45,468 bases of DNA, taken from positions 1 through 45,468 of the forward strand of contig JAXMNT010000060.1 of assembly GCA_034670305.1 (NCBI GenBank), in the 5' to 3' direction. Positions within the stretch are counted from its first letter, which is position 1, and each line of letters starts with the position of its first letter. The position numbers and the translations under genes are program-made. This stretch comes from Deltaproteobacteria bacterium (lineage in GTDB: Bacteria; Myxococcota_A; Polyangia; Polyangiales; Houyiibacteriaceae). A model generated the notes under the pieces. The model was given only the letters and a program-made list of their open reading frames with translations, did no database searches and was not told where the DNA came from. Below are positions 29,513 through 38,162 of this stretch, one piece after another.

Positions 29513-29547
29513 CCGTCGCTGAACTGCGGGGTCGGTGACCCCGCGTC

Positions 29548-31428
29548 TCAACCCGGGTGCATGGCGGCGACCGCTTCGCCGAGCGCGCGCGGGAGTGAGC
29601 GCGGCTGGCGCAGAAGATGGAAGCGCCCCCGGCCGAACATCTGCGGCAGGTGAAAGCGTGCGTCGTGGTCGATCGCGAACGCGTGGATGTGGACGCCGCG
29701 GGCTTCCGCATCGAGCACCGCACGCCGAACATCCGCGATGCCGTGCCGACCTTCGTAGCGGTCGTAGTCGTTCGGTTTGCCGTCGGTGAGCACGACCACG
29801 AGTCGCCGACGCGCGTCGGTGCGGGAGAGCAGCTCCGTCGCGTGCCGCAGCGCGGGGCCGATCCGGGTGTAGCCGCGCGGCTGCAGGTCGGCGAGGCGGT
29901 GCCGCGCGTCGGTCCACTCTTCGGTGAACGTCTTGAGGATCTCGAAGCGGCAGTCGAGCCGCGTCTGGCTGTGGAACGCGGCCATCGACAGCTCGACCCG
30001 CACCGCGGAGAGCGCCTCACCGAGCGTCACCGCCGCGTCGATCTCGAGGTCGAGCACCCGGACGTCGTCGACCCAGCCGTCGGTGGACAGACTTCCGTCG
30101 AGCAAGAGCATCACCGACAAAGACGGATGGGAGGGCCGCCGGTCTCGGTAGAGCCGGGCCGGAACCGTGGTGCCCGCGGCGAGGCAGGCGTGCCAATCCA
30201 CCAGCGCGTCGAGATCGATCTCCGCGCCATCGAGCTGGCGGTTCTTCCACCGGCGCGACGCGTCGAGGCGTTCGAGTTCGGCGCGCACCGCCTCGTGCTC
30301 CCGCTGCAGTCGGCGCACGCGCGCACGGATCGCCGCCTCCGCATCGGCCCGCGCCATCCGGGCGGGTGGGCGCCCGGCGCGCACTCGGCACCAGGCGTCT
30401 CGGTACTGCCCGCGTTTGCGATCCCACTCCGGGTAAGGCGTGCCCTCCGAGTCCTGGTCCGCGACTTCGCCCGAGCCTTCGAGCATCACGTCCACCCGCA
30501 AGAGCGACTGGGCGCGCTCCAGGCTCCGAACGACTTCGCGCAGATCGAGCTCGTCGATCGCATCCGCGTGCGCGTCCATCTCGTCGTCTCCGTCCAGGTG
30601 CTTCATGCCGCCCTGGTACTCCTCGGCGGTGTGAACCTTCTCGAAGGAGTGGACGAGCGGGTTGTCCTGCAGCGGATCGGTCGGCAGCTCGACCCGCTCG
30701 GGCGACTCCAGGACCTTGCCTTTGCGCTCGGTGCCGTCGGGGAGCGCGTCGGCGTCGCCGGTCCCAGAGACGCTCTGTCCGTGGGCGGGTTCGGTGCCGA
30801 TCGCGCCGAAGAGCGGGAACACCGGCAGGGCACCTTCCAACGACGCGGTGCGCTCCATGAACTCCTCGAAGGACAGATCCGGTGGACCGATCTCACACTC
30901 GATGCCGAGCCCCACCGCCCGCGCGATCCACCGTTCGAACTGGGCCTGCGCGCGGGACGTGGGCTGGCCCGCGCGTTCGAGCAGGAGGGACCGGGTGAGC
31001 GCGACGCAGGGCCGGGCCGCCCCTGGGAGTTCGGCGCGCATCTGCCGGAGCACCGGCTCGGCGAGAAACGCGGTCGCCCACACCCGCGCACGGGGACTCT
31101 CCGGGAGCGGTCGCAACCGTCTCGCGAGAGGCCGGGCGTACGAGGCCCACACCGCGCGAACCAGGTACGCGCGTTCGTTGCCCGCGCGCGTCGCCGCCAT
31201 GTCCAGGTGCGCCGGCAACAAGAGCACGTCTCCCTGCCACCCGCCGTCCGCTTCCGCTTCGCGCACCGTGATCGACCGTTCGGCGACCGCGCTCGAGAGC
31301 CACTGGAGCCGGTCGCGCTGCGATTCGAGGGCGACCCGCCGTGCGAGCACTTTGGCGGCAGGTCGGGGCGCGCGCATGCCCCGCCACGCGCCGTGGAACC
31401 AGCCGAAGATGGCTTCGTCCCACCCCAT
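29548..31428 (-). CDS. norD: Nitric oxide reductase activation protein NorD (VWA)
   Basis: HSFEKV.T, YPEWD, DGSLS MIDAS, YTRIGPALRHA and LTDGKPND.D.YEG motifs. Confidence 0.9.
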   Translation of the reverse strand: MGWDEAIFGWFHGAWRGMRAPRPAAKVLARRVALESQRDRLQWLSSAVAERSITVREAEADGGWQGDVLLLPAHLDMAATRAGNERAYLVRAVWASYARPLARRLRPLPESPRARVWATAFLAEPVLRQMRAELPGAARPCVALTRSLLLERAGQPTSRAQAQFERWIARAVGLGIECEIGPPDLSFEEFMERTASLEGALPVFPLFGAIGTEPAHGQSVSGTGDADALPDGTERKGKVLESPERVELPTDPLQDNPLVHSFEKVHTAEEYQGGMKHLDGDDEMDAHADAIDELDLREVVRSLERAQSLLRVDVMLEGSGEVADQDSEGTPYPEWDRKRGQYRDAWCRVRAGRPPARMARADAEAAIRARVRRLQREHEAVRAELERLDASRRWKNRQLDGAEIDLDALVDWHACLAAGTTVPARLYRDRRPSHPSLSVMLLLDGSLSTDGWVDDVRVLDLEIDAAVTLGEALSAVRVELSMAAFHSQTRLDCRFEILKTFTEEWTDARHRLADLQPRGYTRIGPALRHATELLSRTDARRRLVVVLTDGKPNDYDRYEGRHGIADVRRAVLDAEARGVHIHAFAIDHDARFHLPQMFGRGRFHLLRQPRSLPRALGEAVAAMHPG

Positions 31429-31429
31429 C

Positions 31430-32248
31430 TCAGAACACGAGGTCGGCGAGGTCCTGCAGCGCGTGCCGCGCCTCGGCATCGTCCGTCAGGGGTGCGACGA
31501 TGCCATGCGTGCACGCGATCCGTGGCGCGATGCCGGCGGCCATGAGGAGGCCCGCGCCGATGAGCAAACGGGTCGATACCGTCTCGGTCAGCCCGAGCTC
31601 CCCGAGCGCGCGGATCTTCCGGGCCAGCACCACCAGCCGCTTGGCGCGGGCCAGTTCGAGGCCTGCTTCTCGCGCCACGATCTCGGCTTCGGCCGCGGGC
31701 GGCGGGTAGTCGAAGTCGATGCCGACGAAGCGCTGCCGGGTCGACGGTTTGAGCTCCTTGAACCCATGCCGGTACCCGGGGTTGAAGCTCGCGACGAGCT
31801 GGAACGCCGGCGGCGCCTTCAACGTCTCCGACCGGCGGTCCACGTGCAGCTCCCGCCGGTGGTCGGTGAGCGGATGCAACACCACCACGACGTCCGCCCG
31901 CGCTTCCGCGACCTCGTCGAGGTAGAGCAAACCGCCTGAGCGCACCGCACGGGTCACCGGGCCGTCCTGCCAGACGGTGTCGCCGCCGCGCACGAGCCAG
32001 CGCCCGAGCAGATCCGCGCCGCTCGTCTCGTCGTTGCAGGCGACCGTGATGAGTTCGAGACCGAGGCGCGCCGCCATCGCCTCGACGAAGCGCGACTTGC
32101 CACAGCCGGTCGGACCCTTGAGCAAGACCGGCAGTTCGGACGCATGCGCCGCGGCGAACACCGCCTCCTCGTGCCCCGTCGCCTTGTAGTAGGGCTCGGC
32201 CCCGTCGGACGGCGCCACTTCGGAAGATGGGGCGATGTCGGCGGTCAC
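31430..32248 (-). CDS. norQ: CbbQ/NirQ/NorQ AAA+ ATPase
   Basis: GPTGCGKS, YLDEV.EAR, HPLTD.RR, KPSTRQRF and STRLL motifs. Confidence 0.93.
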   Translation of the reverse strand: MTADIAPSSEVAPSDGAEPYYKATGHEEAVFAAAHASELPVLLKGPTGCGKSRFVEAMAARLGLELITVACNDETSGADLLGRWLVRGGDTVWQDGPVTRAVRSGGLLYLDEVAEARADVVVVLHPLTDHRRELHVDRRSETLKAPPAFQLVASFNPGYRHGFKELKPSTRQRFVGIDFDYPPPAAEAEIVAREAGLELARAKRLVVLARKIRALGELGLTETVSTRLLIGAGLLMAAGIAPRIACTHGIVAPLTDDAEARHALQDLADLVF

Positions 32249-33678
32249 TCGGCGGGCTCGGGTTCGAGGGCCGCTTCCGGTTTCGACTTGGACTTGGACT
32301 TGGACTTGGACTTGGACTTGGGCTCGGGCTCGGGCTCGACGTCCGGATCGCCGCCGGTGAGTTCTCCGCGCGGCAGGCCCTGGCGGATGAAGTTGTACAT
32401 GAACGCGCCCACCCCGAGCGTGAAGAGCGAGGCGGCCAGGATCAGCCCCCAGAAGTGCACCTCCACCTCTTCCTGCACCGCGAGGAACTCCATGCCCATG
32501 CGGCGCTCAAGCACCACCTGCGTCACGCCGGCGACGGCGAACGCGAGCGTCATCGAGATCATGCCGATGTTCGATGTCCAGAACGCGAAGGTCGCGCTCG
32601 GTTTGTCGTGCATCTTGCGGCCGGTGAGCAGCGGCATCGCGTACGTGATGATCGCGAGGATCAACATCGCGTACGCGCCCCAGAACGCCATGTGCCCGTG
32701 CATGGCCGTCACGAGGGTTCCGTGCGTGTACATGTTCACCTGCGGCAGCGTGTGCGCGAAGCCGAGAAACCCGGCGCCGACGAACGACATCACGCAGGTG
32801 CCGACCGTCCACGCGAGCGCAGTGCGGTTGGGGTGTTTGCGCCCCCCCCGTTTGGCCATCGTGATGCCGTACATGGCCATGCCGAGGAACGCGAGCGGCT
32901 CGAGCGCGCTGAAGATGCCGCCGATCCAGAGCCAGTAGCTCGGGGTGCCGATGTAGTAGTAGTGGTGGCCGGTCCCGAGGATGCCGGAGAGGAACGTCAG
33001 CCCGACGATGACGTAGAGCCACTTCTCGATGACCTCGCGGTCGATGCCGGTGAGTTTGATCAGGAGGAACGAGAGGATGCCGCCCATGATCAACTCCCAG
33101 ACGCCCTCCACCCAGAGGTGCACGACCCACCAGCGCCAGTAGGAGTCTTCGGTCTGGTTGTCGGTCGGGATCATGCCCGGCAGGTAGAGCAGCGCGGCCA
33201 TCAAGAGGCCGAAGAACAGGACGGCCGCGGTGGTGGTGATCCGCTTGCCCTTCCAGATCGTCATCCCGATGTTCGCGATGAAGAGCAAGACGTCGACCAC
33301 CACGAGGTAGTCGAGCGGCCGCGGGATCTCGAGGAACTTGCGGCCCTCCCACCAGCCGAAGTGAAAGCCGATGATCGCGGTGACGCCGACCAGGAGGAAC
33401 GCGACGAGCTGCACGATCGCCAGGCGCGGCCAGTAGATCTCGCGGTCGCACTCTTCGGGCACGATGTAGTAGGCCGCGCCCATGAAGCCGCACAGGTTCC
33501 ACATCACCAGCAGGTTGGTGTGGGTCGCGCGGGCGGTGTGGAACGGGATGAAGTCGTGCAGCCCGTCCCATCCGACATGGGCGAACGCCATGATGAAGCC
33601 GTAGACGATCTGTAGACCGAACAGCAGCATGCAGGCGGCGAAGAACCAGTAGGCGACCCGCTGTGATTCGTATTTCAT
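32245..33678 (-). CDS. norB: Nitric oxide reductase large subunit (cNOR)
   Basis: WWVVHLWVEGVWE, GTGHHYY, ALEP and HGHMAFWG motifs, with about 12 TM helices. Confidence 0.95.
   Translation of the reverse strand: MKYESQRVAYWFFAACMLLFGLQIVYGFIMAFAHVGWDGLHDFIPFHTARATHTNLLVMWNLCGFMGAAYYIVPEECDREIYWPRLAIVQLVAFLLVGVTAIIGFHFGWWEGRKFLEIPRPLDYLVVVDVLLFIANIGMTIWKGKRITTTAAVLFFGLLMAALLYLPGMIPTDNQTEDSYWRWWVVHLWVEGVWELIMGGILSFLLIKLTGIDREVIEKWLYVIVGLTFLSGILGTGHHYYYIGTPSYWLWIGGIFSALEPLAFLGMAMYGITMAKRGGRKHPNRTALAWTVGTCVMSFVGAGFLGFAHTLPQVNMYTHGTLVTAMHGHMAFWGAYAMLILAIITYAMPLLTGRKMHDKPSATFAFWTSNIGMISMTLAFAVAGVTQVVLERRMGMEFLAVQEEVEVHFWGLILAASLFTLGVGAFMYNFIRQGLPRGELTGGDPDVEPEPEPKSKSKSKSKSKSKPEAALEPEPAE
32285..32338 (-). 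repeat. Coding hexamer repeat in the NorB tail (EP)3-(KS)n
   Basis: GACTTG x6 followed by GGCTCG x3 on the + strand. Confidence 0.85.
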
Positions 33679-33686
33679 GACGTCAA

Positions 33687-34376
33687 TCAGTTCTCGAGGG
33701 AGGCCAGGTAGTCGGACAGGTCGCCGATCTGCGCTTCGGTGAGCGGCAGCTTCGGCATGGTGGTCTCAGGGCGGATCGCGGTGGGATCCGTGAGCCATTG
33801 CGTGAAGTAGTCCCGGTCGAATCGGCCGGCGATTCCGTCGAGCGCGGGACCGACGGATCCGCCGCGCCCACCGACCGCGTGGCACGCCACGCACATCTGG
33901 TTGAACACCAGCGGCCGGCCGTCCGCGACGGTGGCTTGGTCCGTGGTTCCGGCAGCTTCCGCGAGTGGTGGCGCAGGCGGGAAGCCGTTCAGATCCATCC
34001 CATTGATCCACTCGAGGAACGCGACGAGGTCTTCGATCTCCTGGTCGGTGAAGTCGTACCGCTGCATCCGCCGCCGGCCCGGGTACATCGCCTCCGGATC
34101 CCGGAGCATGGCCGCGATGAACTCCGGACCCCGCCGCTCGTACACCCGCGTCAGCTCCGGCGCGTAGTACGCGCCCTCCCCCAAGATCGTGTGACAGCCC
34201 ATGCAGTTCGATCGGTCGAAGAGGTGTTTGCCTCGAATGGCCGATTCGGTGAGGTCCGCCTCGCGGGTCTGCCCGGGGATCTGCCGAAACGTGTCGAGCG
34301 TCAGCAGAATGAACGCGCCGAAGCACGCGACCGTGCCCACGATGAAGAAGGTCCGCGCCGCAGACTTGGTCAGCAT
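33687..34376 (-). CDS. norC: Nitric oxide reductase cytochrome c subunit, di-haem
   Basis: MLTKSAAR N-terminus, TM helix and CMGCHTILGEGAYYAPELT, plus a second domain CVACH...GPALD...MP. Confidence 0.92.
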   Translation of the reverse strand: MLTKSAARTFFIVGTVACFGAFILLTLDTFRQIPGQTREADLTESAIRGKHLFDRSNCMGCHTILGEGAYYAPELTRVYERRGPEFIAAMLRDPEAMYPGRRRMQRYDFTDQEIEDLVAFLEWINGMDLNGFPPAPPLAEAAGTTDQATVADGRPLVFNQMCVACHAVGGRGGSVGPALDGIAGRFDRDYFTQWLTDPTAIRPETTMPKLPLTEAQIGDLSDYLASLEN

Positions 34377-34503
34377 CGGGCGGGTCCCGGCACATGCTGG
34401 GTGGGCCAGAGGCTCGTCGAGGGAGCGCGCGCGGGTGGGGAGACGGCGCCCCCGAGTAAGCCGTTCATGCCCCCGAGGATGGAGGTCTCCTGAAGGGCCC
34501 ACC

Positions 34504-34517
34504 ATGATCCAGGTCAG
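34504..34517 (-). promoter_or_regulatory. DNR/FNR-like box upstream of norC
   Basis: The minus strand reads CTGAC-CTGG-ATCAT, with CATCCT at 34481-34476. The spacing is the same as at the HiPIP promoter. Confidence 0.65.
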
Positions 34518-34671
34518 TTCCATGTCGCCCAGACCCGAACGCTGCTCGCCACGCCCGACACCCGATCGGAACCGGGACGTCTCTCACCCGCACTGGCCAA
34601 GACCCGTGATCGTCGTGGCGCGATCGTGCTCAAGCGTTGCAAACGCAGACCCGCTGCCGCACAACGGGTTC

Positions 34672-35322
34672 ATGACTGGCAGAGGTTTTCTTCCATGGAT
34701 GTTCGTCGCCCTCTTGGGGTGCGGCGAGGCGGCCCCTGAAGCCGGGACCGAGCCGGCGGAGGCGCCCGAGCCGCCCGCCCAGGCAGCGCCGACCGGGGAC
34801 ACGCGGCTCAGAACCGTCTACGTGCCCGCGTACTCGAGCTTGCCGCACCGAGAGGGTTCGTCGCCTCACTTGGCGGCCGTTCTGCTGAGCGTGCGCAACG
34901 TGGATTCGAGGGCCACCGTCACGCTGACCCACGTCGAGTACTTCGACACCTCGGGCCATCGTGTGCGCCGCTATTTGAGTGCACCCCGCGAGCTGCAGCC
35001 ACTCGAGACGGCGGAGTTCACGGTTCCCGCGTTGGACGACGCCGGGGGGTCCGGGGCGAACTTTCTGGTGTACTGGGAGGGTCCCGCGGACGCGCACTCA
35101 CTTCTCGCGGAGGCGGTGATGACATCGCAGTTCGGCGCGGGGTACGTCGGGTTCACTTCGCGAGGCGTCGAGCTCGAGCACCGGCCAGATCCGTCCCTCT
35201 TCGAGAACGCGGACTCCGACCCGCCGAGCGACCCGCCGAGCGACCCGCCGAGCGACCCGCCGAGCGACGAGCCGAGCGACGTGAACGACGACGGACGTTC
35301 GGCGGCCGACAGCCCGCCGTAG
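34672..35322 (+). CDS. DUF3124-like lipoprotein
   Basis: Lipobox LLGC, VYVPAYS, LSVRN, YFDT.G, GGSGANFLV.W and SRG motifs, with C-terminal PPSD repeats (35218-35280). Confidence 0.8.
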   Translation: MTGRGFLPWMFVALLGCGEAAPEAGTEPAEAPEPPAQAAPTGDTRLRTVYVPAYSSLPHREGSSPHLAAVLLSVRNVDSRATVTLTHVEYFDTSGHRVRRYLSAPRELQPLETAEFTVPALDDAGGSGANFLVYWEGPADAHSLLAEAVMTSQFGAGYVGFTSRGVELEHRPDPSLFENADSDPPSDPPSDPPSDPPSDEPSDVNDDGRSAADSPP

Positions 35323-35434
35323 CGTCAGGCCGTCAGGGTTCGTGGAAACCTGGTTGGGTCATCTCGGAGAACACAGAAGCCGAGTTCAGCCCCAAGGCCT
35401 CGGAAGTGTGCGACGGCTGCCCGCTCTGACCACC

Positions 35435-36772
35435 TCACGAGACCGCATCAGAAGACCGCCCCGGCGCATCGGGTCGGTCCATCTCGGCGGCGACCCCGAA
35501 CCCGTGCTCTTCGACCCAGCGCCAGGTCCCGACCACTTCAACGCCTCGGTAGTCGCGGTAGCCGTGCCAATCCGAGCCCGACTCGCCCGCCGTCGCGGAA
35601 ACCGCCATGCGCGTCAGCGGCATCGCGCCCGGAACCTGGATCTCCCCCGTGAGCAGGTTGCCGCCCGGGTCGCACACCCGGATCCGCCCCGGCGTCTGCA
35701 GCCCGGGTTCGGCGGGGAGCAGCCCCACTCGCCGCAGCTGCTCCGGGAACAGGCTGTTGGAGATCATCACCCCGTCCGCGTCGAACGCATACGTCTCCGC
35801 GGTCGGGGAGGGCCCCGGTTGCGCGAGGATCCGCAAGAAGTGCTCGCGCGCGTCGTGAGTCGTCACCAGCACGACCGGATCCGCACCCGGGATGGCGACC
35901 GCCGCCGCCGCCATGATCACGTGGTGCGTCGTCGGGCTCGCTTCTTTCGGCTCGAGCGGCAACGAGACCGCAGCGCCCTCTCGCAGCGCTCGAGCGACGC
36001 ACGCATCCCGCCCCGGCCCCGGAGCCGCCCTCCACCCCCGATCCAAGAGCGGCTCGCCACCGACCAGCACCTCGAAGCCCCGCACCCCCGACGCCTTGCA
36101 GTGTTCGTGAAGCTCGAGCGCGAGCAGCTGCTCCGTTCGTTGCACGAGCGCCCCCGACCCGCGCAGCACGCTTGCGACCCCATCCCGGATGCTGGCGCGC
36201 TCCGAGATCGCCACCACCGCCTCCCGCTGGCTCGTCATCCATCGTGAGAGCGCTTCGACGCGGGCGTCGAGCATCACGGTGAGCGCCTCGAACGGCGTCG
36301 TCTCCACGAAGCGCGAGAGCTCCGTTTGTTCGTGCGAGAGTTCGGAGTCATCGCGGTACGTCAGCATCACGCACCGCGTCGTGCTGCGGAGCACGGTGGG
36401 CAGATCCGGCCCCCAGAGCCGATCGAAGAGCGTCCGTCGGCGCGCCTCCATCACCAAGAGATCCACCGGCTCCCGCTCCACGTACTCCCGGATCTTCTCC
36501 ACCGGGTCGCCGATCGTCAGGACATGGGTGAACGGCACGCGGGGATCCTCGGGCGTGAGCGACCGAAGCCGCGCACCCACGTCATCCCACACCAGGTCCA
36601 CGCTCGCATGCAGCATCCCGACCCCGTCGACCGCGCGAATGGGAACCACGTGGAGGATCGTGAGCGTCGCCGCATGCTCATGCGCGAACCGAGTCGCCAG
36701 CGCGAGCCCTCGATCCACCGACCCCAAGAGGTCCGTCGCAAACACAACCCGCCGTTCGAGCACCCGACTCAC
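35435..36772 (-). CDS. Universal stress protein fused to a Cache-like domain
   Basis: USP motifs (VFATD, LHVV, GDPVEKI, DLLVM) and a C-terminal ETYAFD...YRDYRGVEVVG.WRW...GVAAEMD Cache-like region. There is no TM helix. Confidence 0.75.
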   Translation of the reverse strand: MSRVLERRVVFATDLLGSVDRGLALATRFAHEHAATLTILHVVPIRAVDGVGMLHASVDLVWDDVGARLRSLTPEDPRVPFTHVLTIGDPVEKIREYVEREPVDLLVMEARRRTLFDRLWGPDLPTVLRSTTRCVMLTYRDDSELSHEQTELSRFVETTPFEALTVMLDARVEALSRWMTSQREAVVAISERASIRDGVASVLRGSGALVQRTEQLLALELHEHCKASGVRGFEVLVGGEPLLDRGWRAAPGPGRDACVARALREGAAVSLPLEPKEASPTTHHVIMAAAAVAIPGADPVVLVTTHDAREHFLRILAQPGPSPTAETYAFDADGVMISNSLFPEQLRRVGLLPAEPGLQTPGRIRVCDPGGNLLTGEIQVPGAMPLTRMAVSATAGESGSDWHGYRDYRGVEVVGTWRWVEEHGFGVAAEMDRPDAPGRSSDAVS

Positions 36773-36918
36773 CCCACCAAGCTATATGGCCCCGGGGTGG
36801 GCAACCAGAGAAGACCCAAACTGGCCTTCGGAGACCCTGTGAGCGAGCACCTGGGACGGATCAGCCATCGGATAGAACAGACCAACGGCAACCAACGCTG
36901 TGTTCAGCCAGATGCAAC

Positions 36919-36952
36919 AAAGCCCCGCCATCCACGGGGGATGCGGGGCTTT
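36919..36952 (-). terminator. Intrinsic terminator downstream of tRNA-Lys
   Basis: Stem AAAGCCCCGC ... GCGGGGCTTT. Confidence 0.7.
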
Positions 36953-36958
36953 CTGCTG

Positions 36959-37031
36959 TGGGTCATCTCGGACTTGAACCGAGAGCCAATGGATTAAGAA
37001 TCCACTGCTCTACCAATTGAGCTAATGACCC
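36959..37031 (-). tRNA. tRNA-Lys (CUU)
   Basis: Cloverleaf GGGTCATTAGCTCAATTGGTAGAGC-GTGGA TT CTT AA TCCAT-...GGTTCAAGTCC...GATGACCCA. CCA is not encoded. Confidence 0.95.
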
Positions 37032-37096
37032 GGGTGCGCCGTGTGGCACGACGACTTCTACTCCGACAGCCCGTGGATCGGATCCGTCGGTCTGGG

Positions 37097-37170
<74 letters not shown>

Positions 37171-37229
37171 TCGGAACCTAAGAAAAACAAAGAGCGCGAC
37201 GAGGCCGACCGAGGGCCGGCAAGGCGCGC

Positions 37230-37257
37230 CTTTTAGAACGATCGAGGGCGCTGTCAA
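37230..37257 (-). promoter_or_regulatory. Sigma70-type stable-RNA promoter for tRNA-Arg/Lys
   Basis: TTGACA-N16-TAAAAG followed by the GC-rich discriminator GCGCGCC. Confidence 0.5.
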
Positions 37258-37307
37258 GCGCCTGCGATCGGAAGACAAGGGTGTCAAGGAACGGGTCCGT
37301 AGACCTT

Positions 37308-37383
37308 TGGGGTGACTGACGGGGCTTGAACCCGCGACATCCGGAACCACAATCCAGCGCTCTACCACTGAGCTACAGTCACC
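37308..37383 (-). tRNA. tRNA-His (GUG)
   Basis: G(-1)GTGACTG...CTGGA TT GTG GT TCCGG...GGTTCAAGCCC...CAGTCACC-CCA. Confidence 0.95.
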
Positions 37384-37567
37384 AAACCCAACCGAGGTCG
37401 GGGTCCGCCAAAACGGACGGCGAGAATAGCGCTTCGTTGCCAGCTGGCAACCCCCCCGCGGTTGGTTTCCGCGCGGTTGGTTTTTCCGAGCCCGGTGGAC
37501 ACACGGCCGGTCGACCTGAGAGTTTGGGGCATGCGATTCGTTCACCGCACGACGTGGAAGCGCTGAC

Positions 37568-38095
37568 GTGGCCAAGGTGCCTTCGCTGCGTATGCCGCGC
37601 GCCGAGATCCGGGAGGAGCTCGACAAGATGAGGCATCCGTTTCGTGTGGTGATCGACCGCGCGAAGAACCCCTTCAACATCGGCGCCATCATCCGGACCG
37701 CGCACTCGTTCATGGCGAAGGAGATCGTGCTGGTCGGCACCGAGCCCTGGTACGAACGCGCGGCGATGGGCATGCAGCGCTACGAGAACATCGTCGAGAT
37801 CTCGAGCACGACGGAGTTCCTCGAGCACGCCGATGAACATGGCTGGCATCTGGTCTCGTTCGAGAAGGACGAATGCAACGTGGGGCTGTGGGAAGCCGAG
37901 ATGCCGGAGGACGCTGTGCTCGTGTTCGGCAACGAAGACCGCGGGGTCTCCAGCCGCATCCTGGCGGCGTCGAAGCAAGTGGTGGGCATCCCGATGTACG
38001 GCATCAACCACAGCTTCCCGATCTCGATCGCAGCCGGGATCGCGATGGCCGAGTGGGCGCGGCGTCGATACGAGGGCGGACGCCTGGTCACCTGA
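37568..38095 (+). CDS. TrmH/SpoU-family RNA methyltransferase
   Basis: PFNIGAIIRTA, VFGNE..GV and IPM.G..HS motifs. Confidence 0.85.
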   Translation: MAKVPSLRMPRAEIREELDKMRHPFRVVIDRAKNPFNIGAIIRTAHSFMAKEIVLVGTEPWYERAAMGMQRYENIVEISSTTEFLEHADEHGWHLVSFEKDECNVGLWEAEMPEDAVLVFGNEDRGVSSRILAASKQVVGIPMYGINHSFPISIAAGIAMAEWARRRYEGGRLVT

Positions 38096-38162
38096 TCGAA
38101 CGCGAAGACGCCCGCGCCTCTCTCGAGACGCGGGCGGTGCACAGGTCGCCGTTGAGACCGGC

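Larger units (their letters stand above)
35355..36972. mobile_element. Integrase-less genomic islet at the tRNA-Lys 3' end
   Basis: Exact 14-bp direct repeat TGGGTCATCTCGGA at 35355-35368 and 36959-36972 (the tRNA-Lys 3' end). Confidence 0.65.

Noticed and set aside
31430-32248. CbbQ/CbbO RuBisCO activase pair
   Set aside because: No RuBisCO gene is present, and the genes are translationally coupled to norB, so they are NorQ/NorD.
35672-35681. 10-bp match to the tRNA-Arg 3' end (GCACACCCGG)
   Set aside because: It is short, GC-rich and inside a CDS, so it is compatible with chance.
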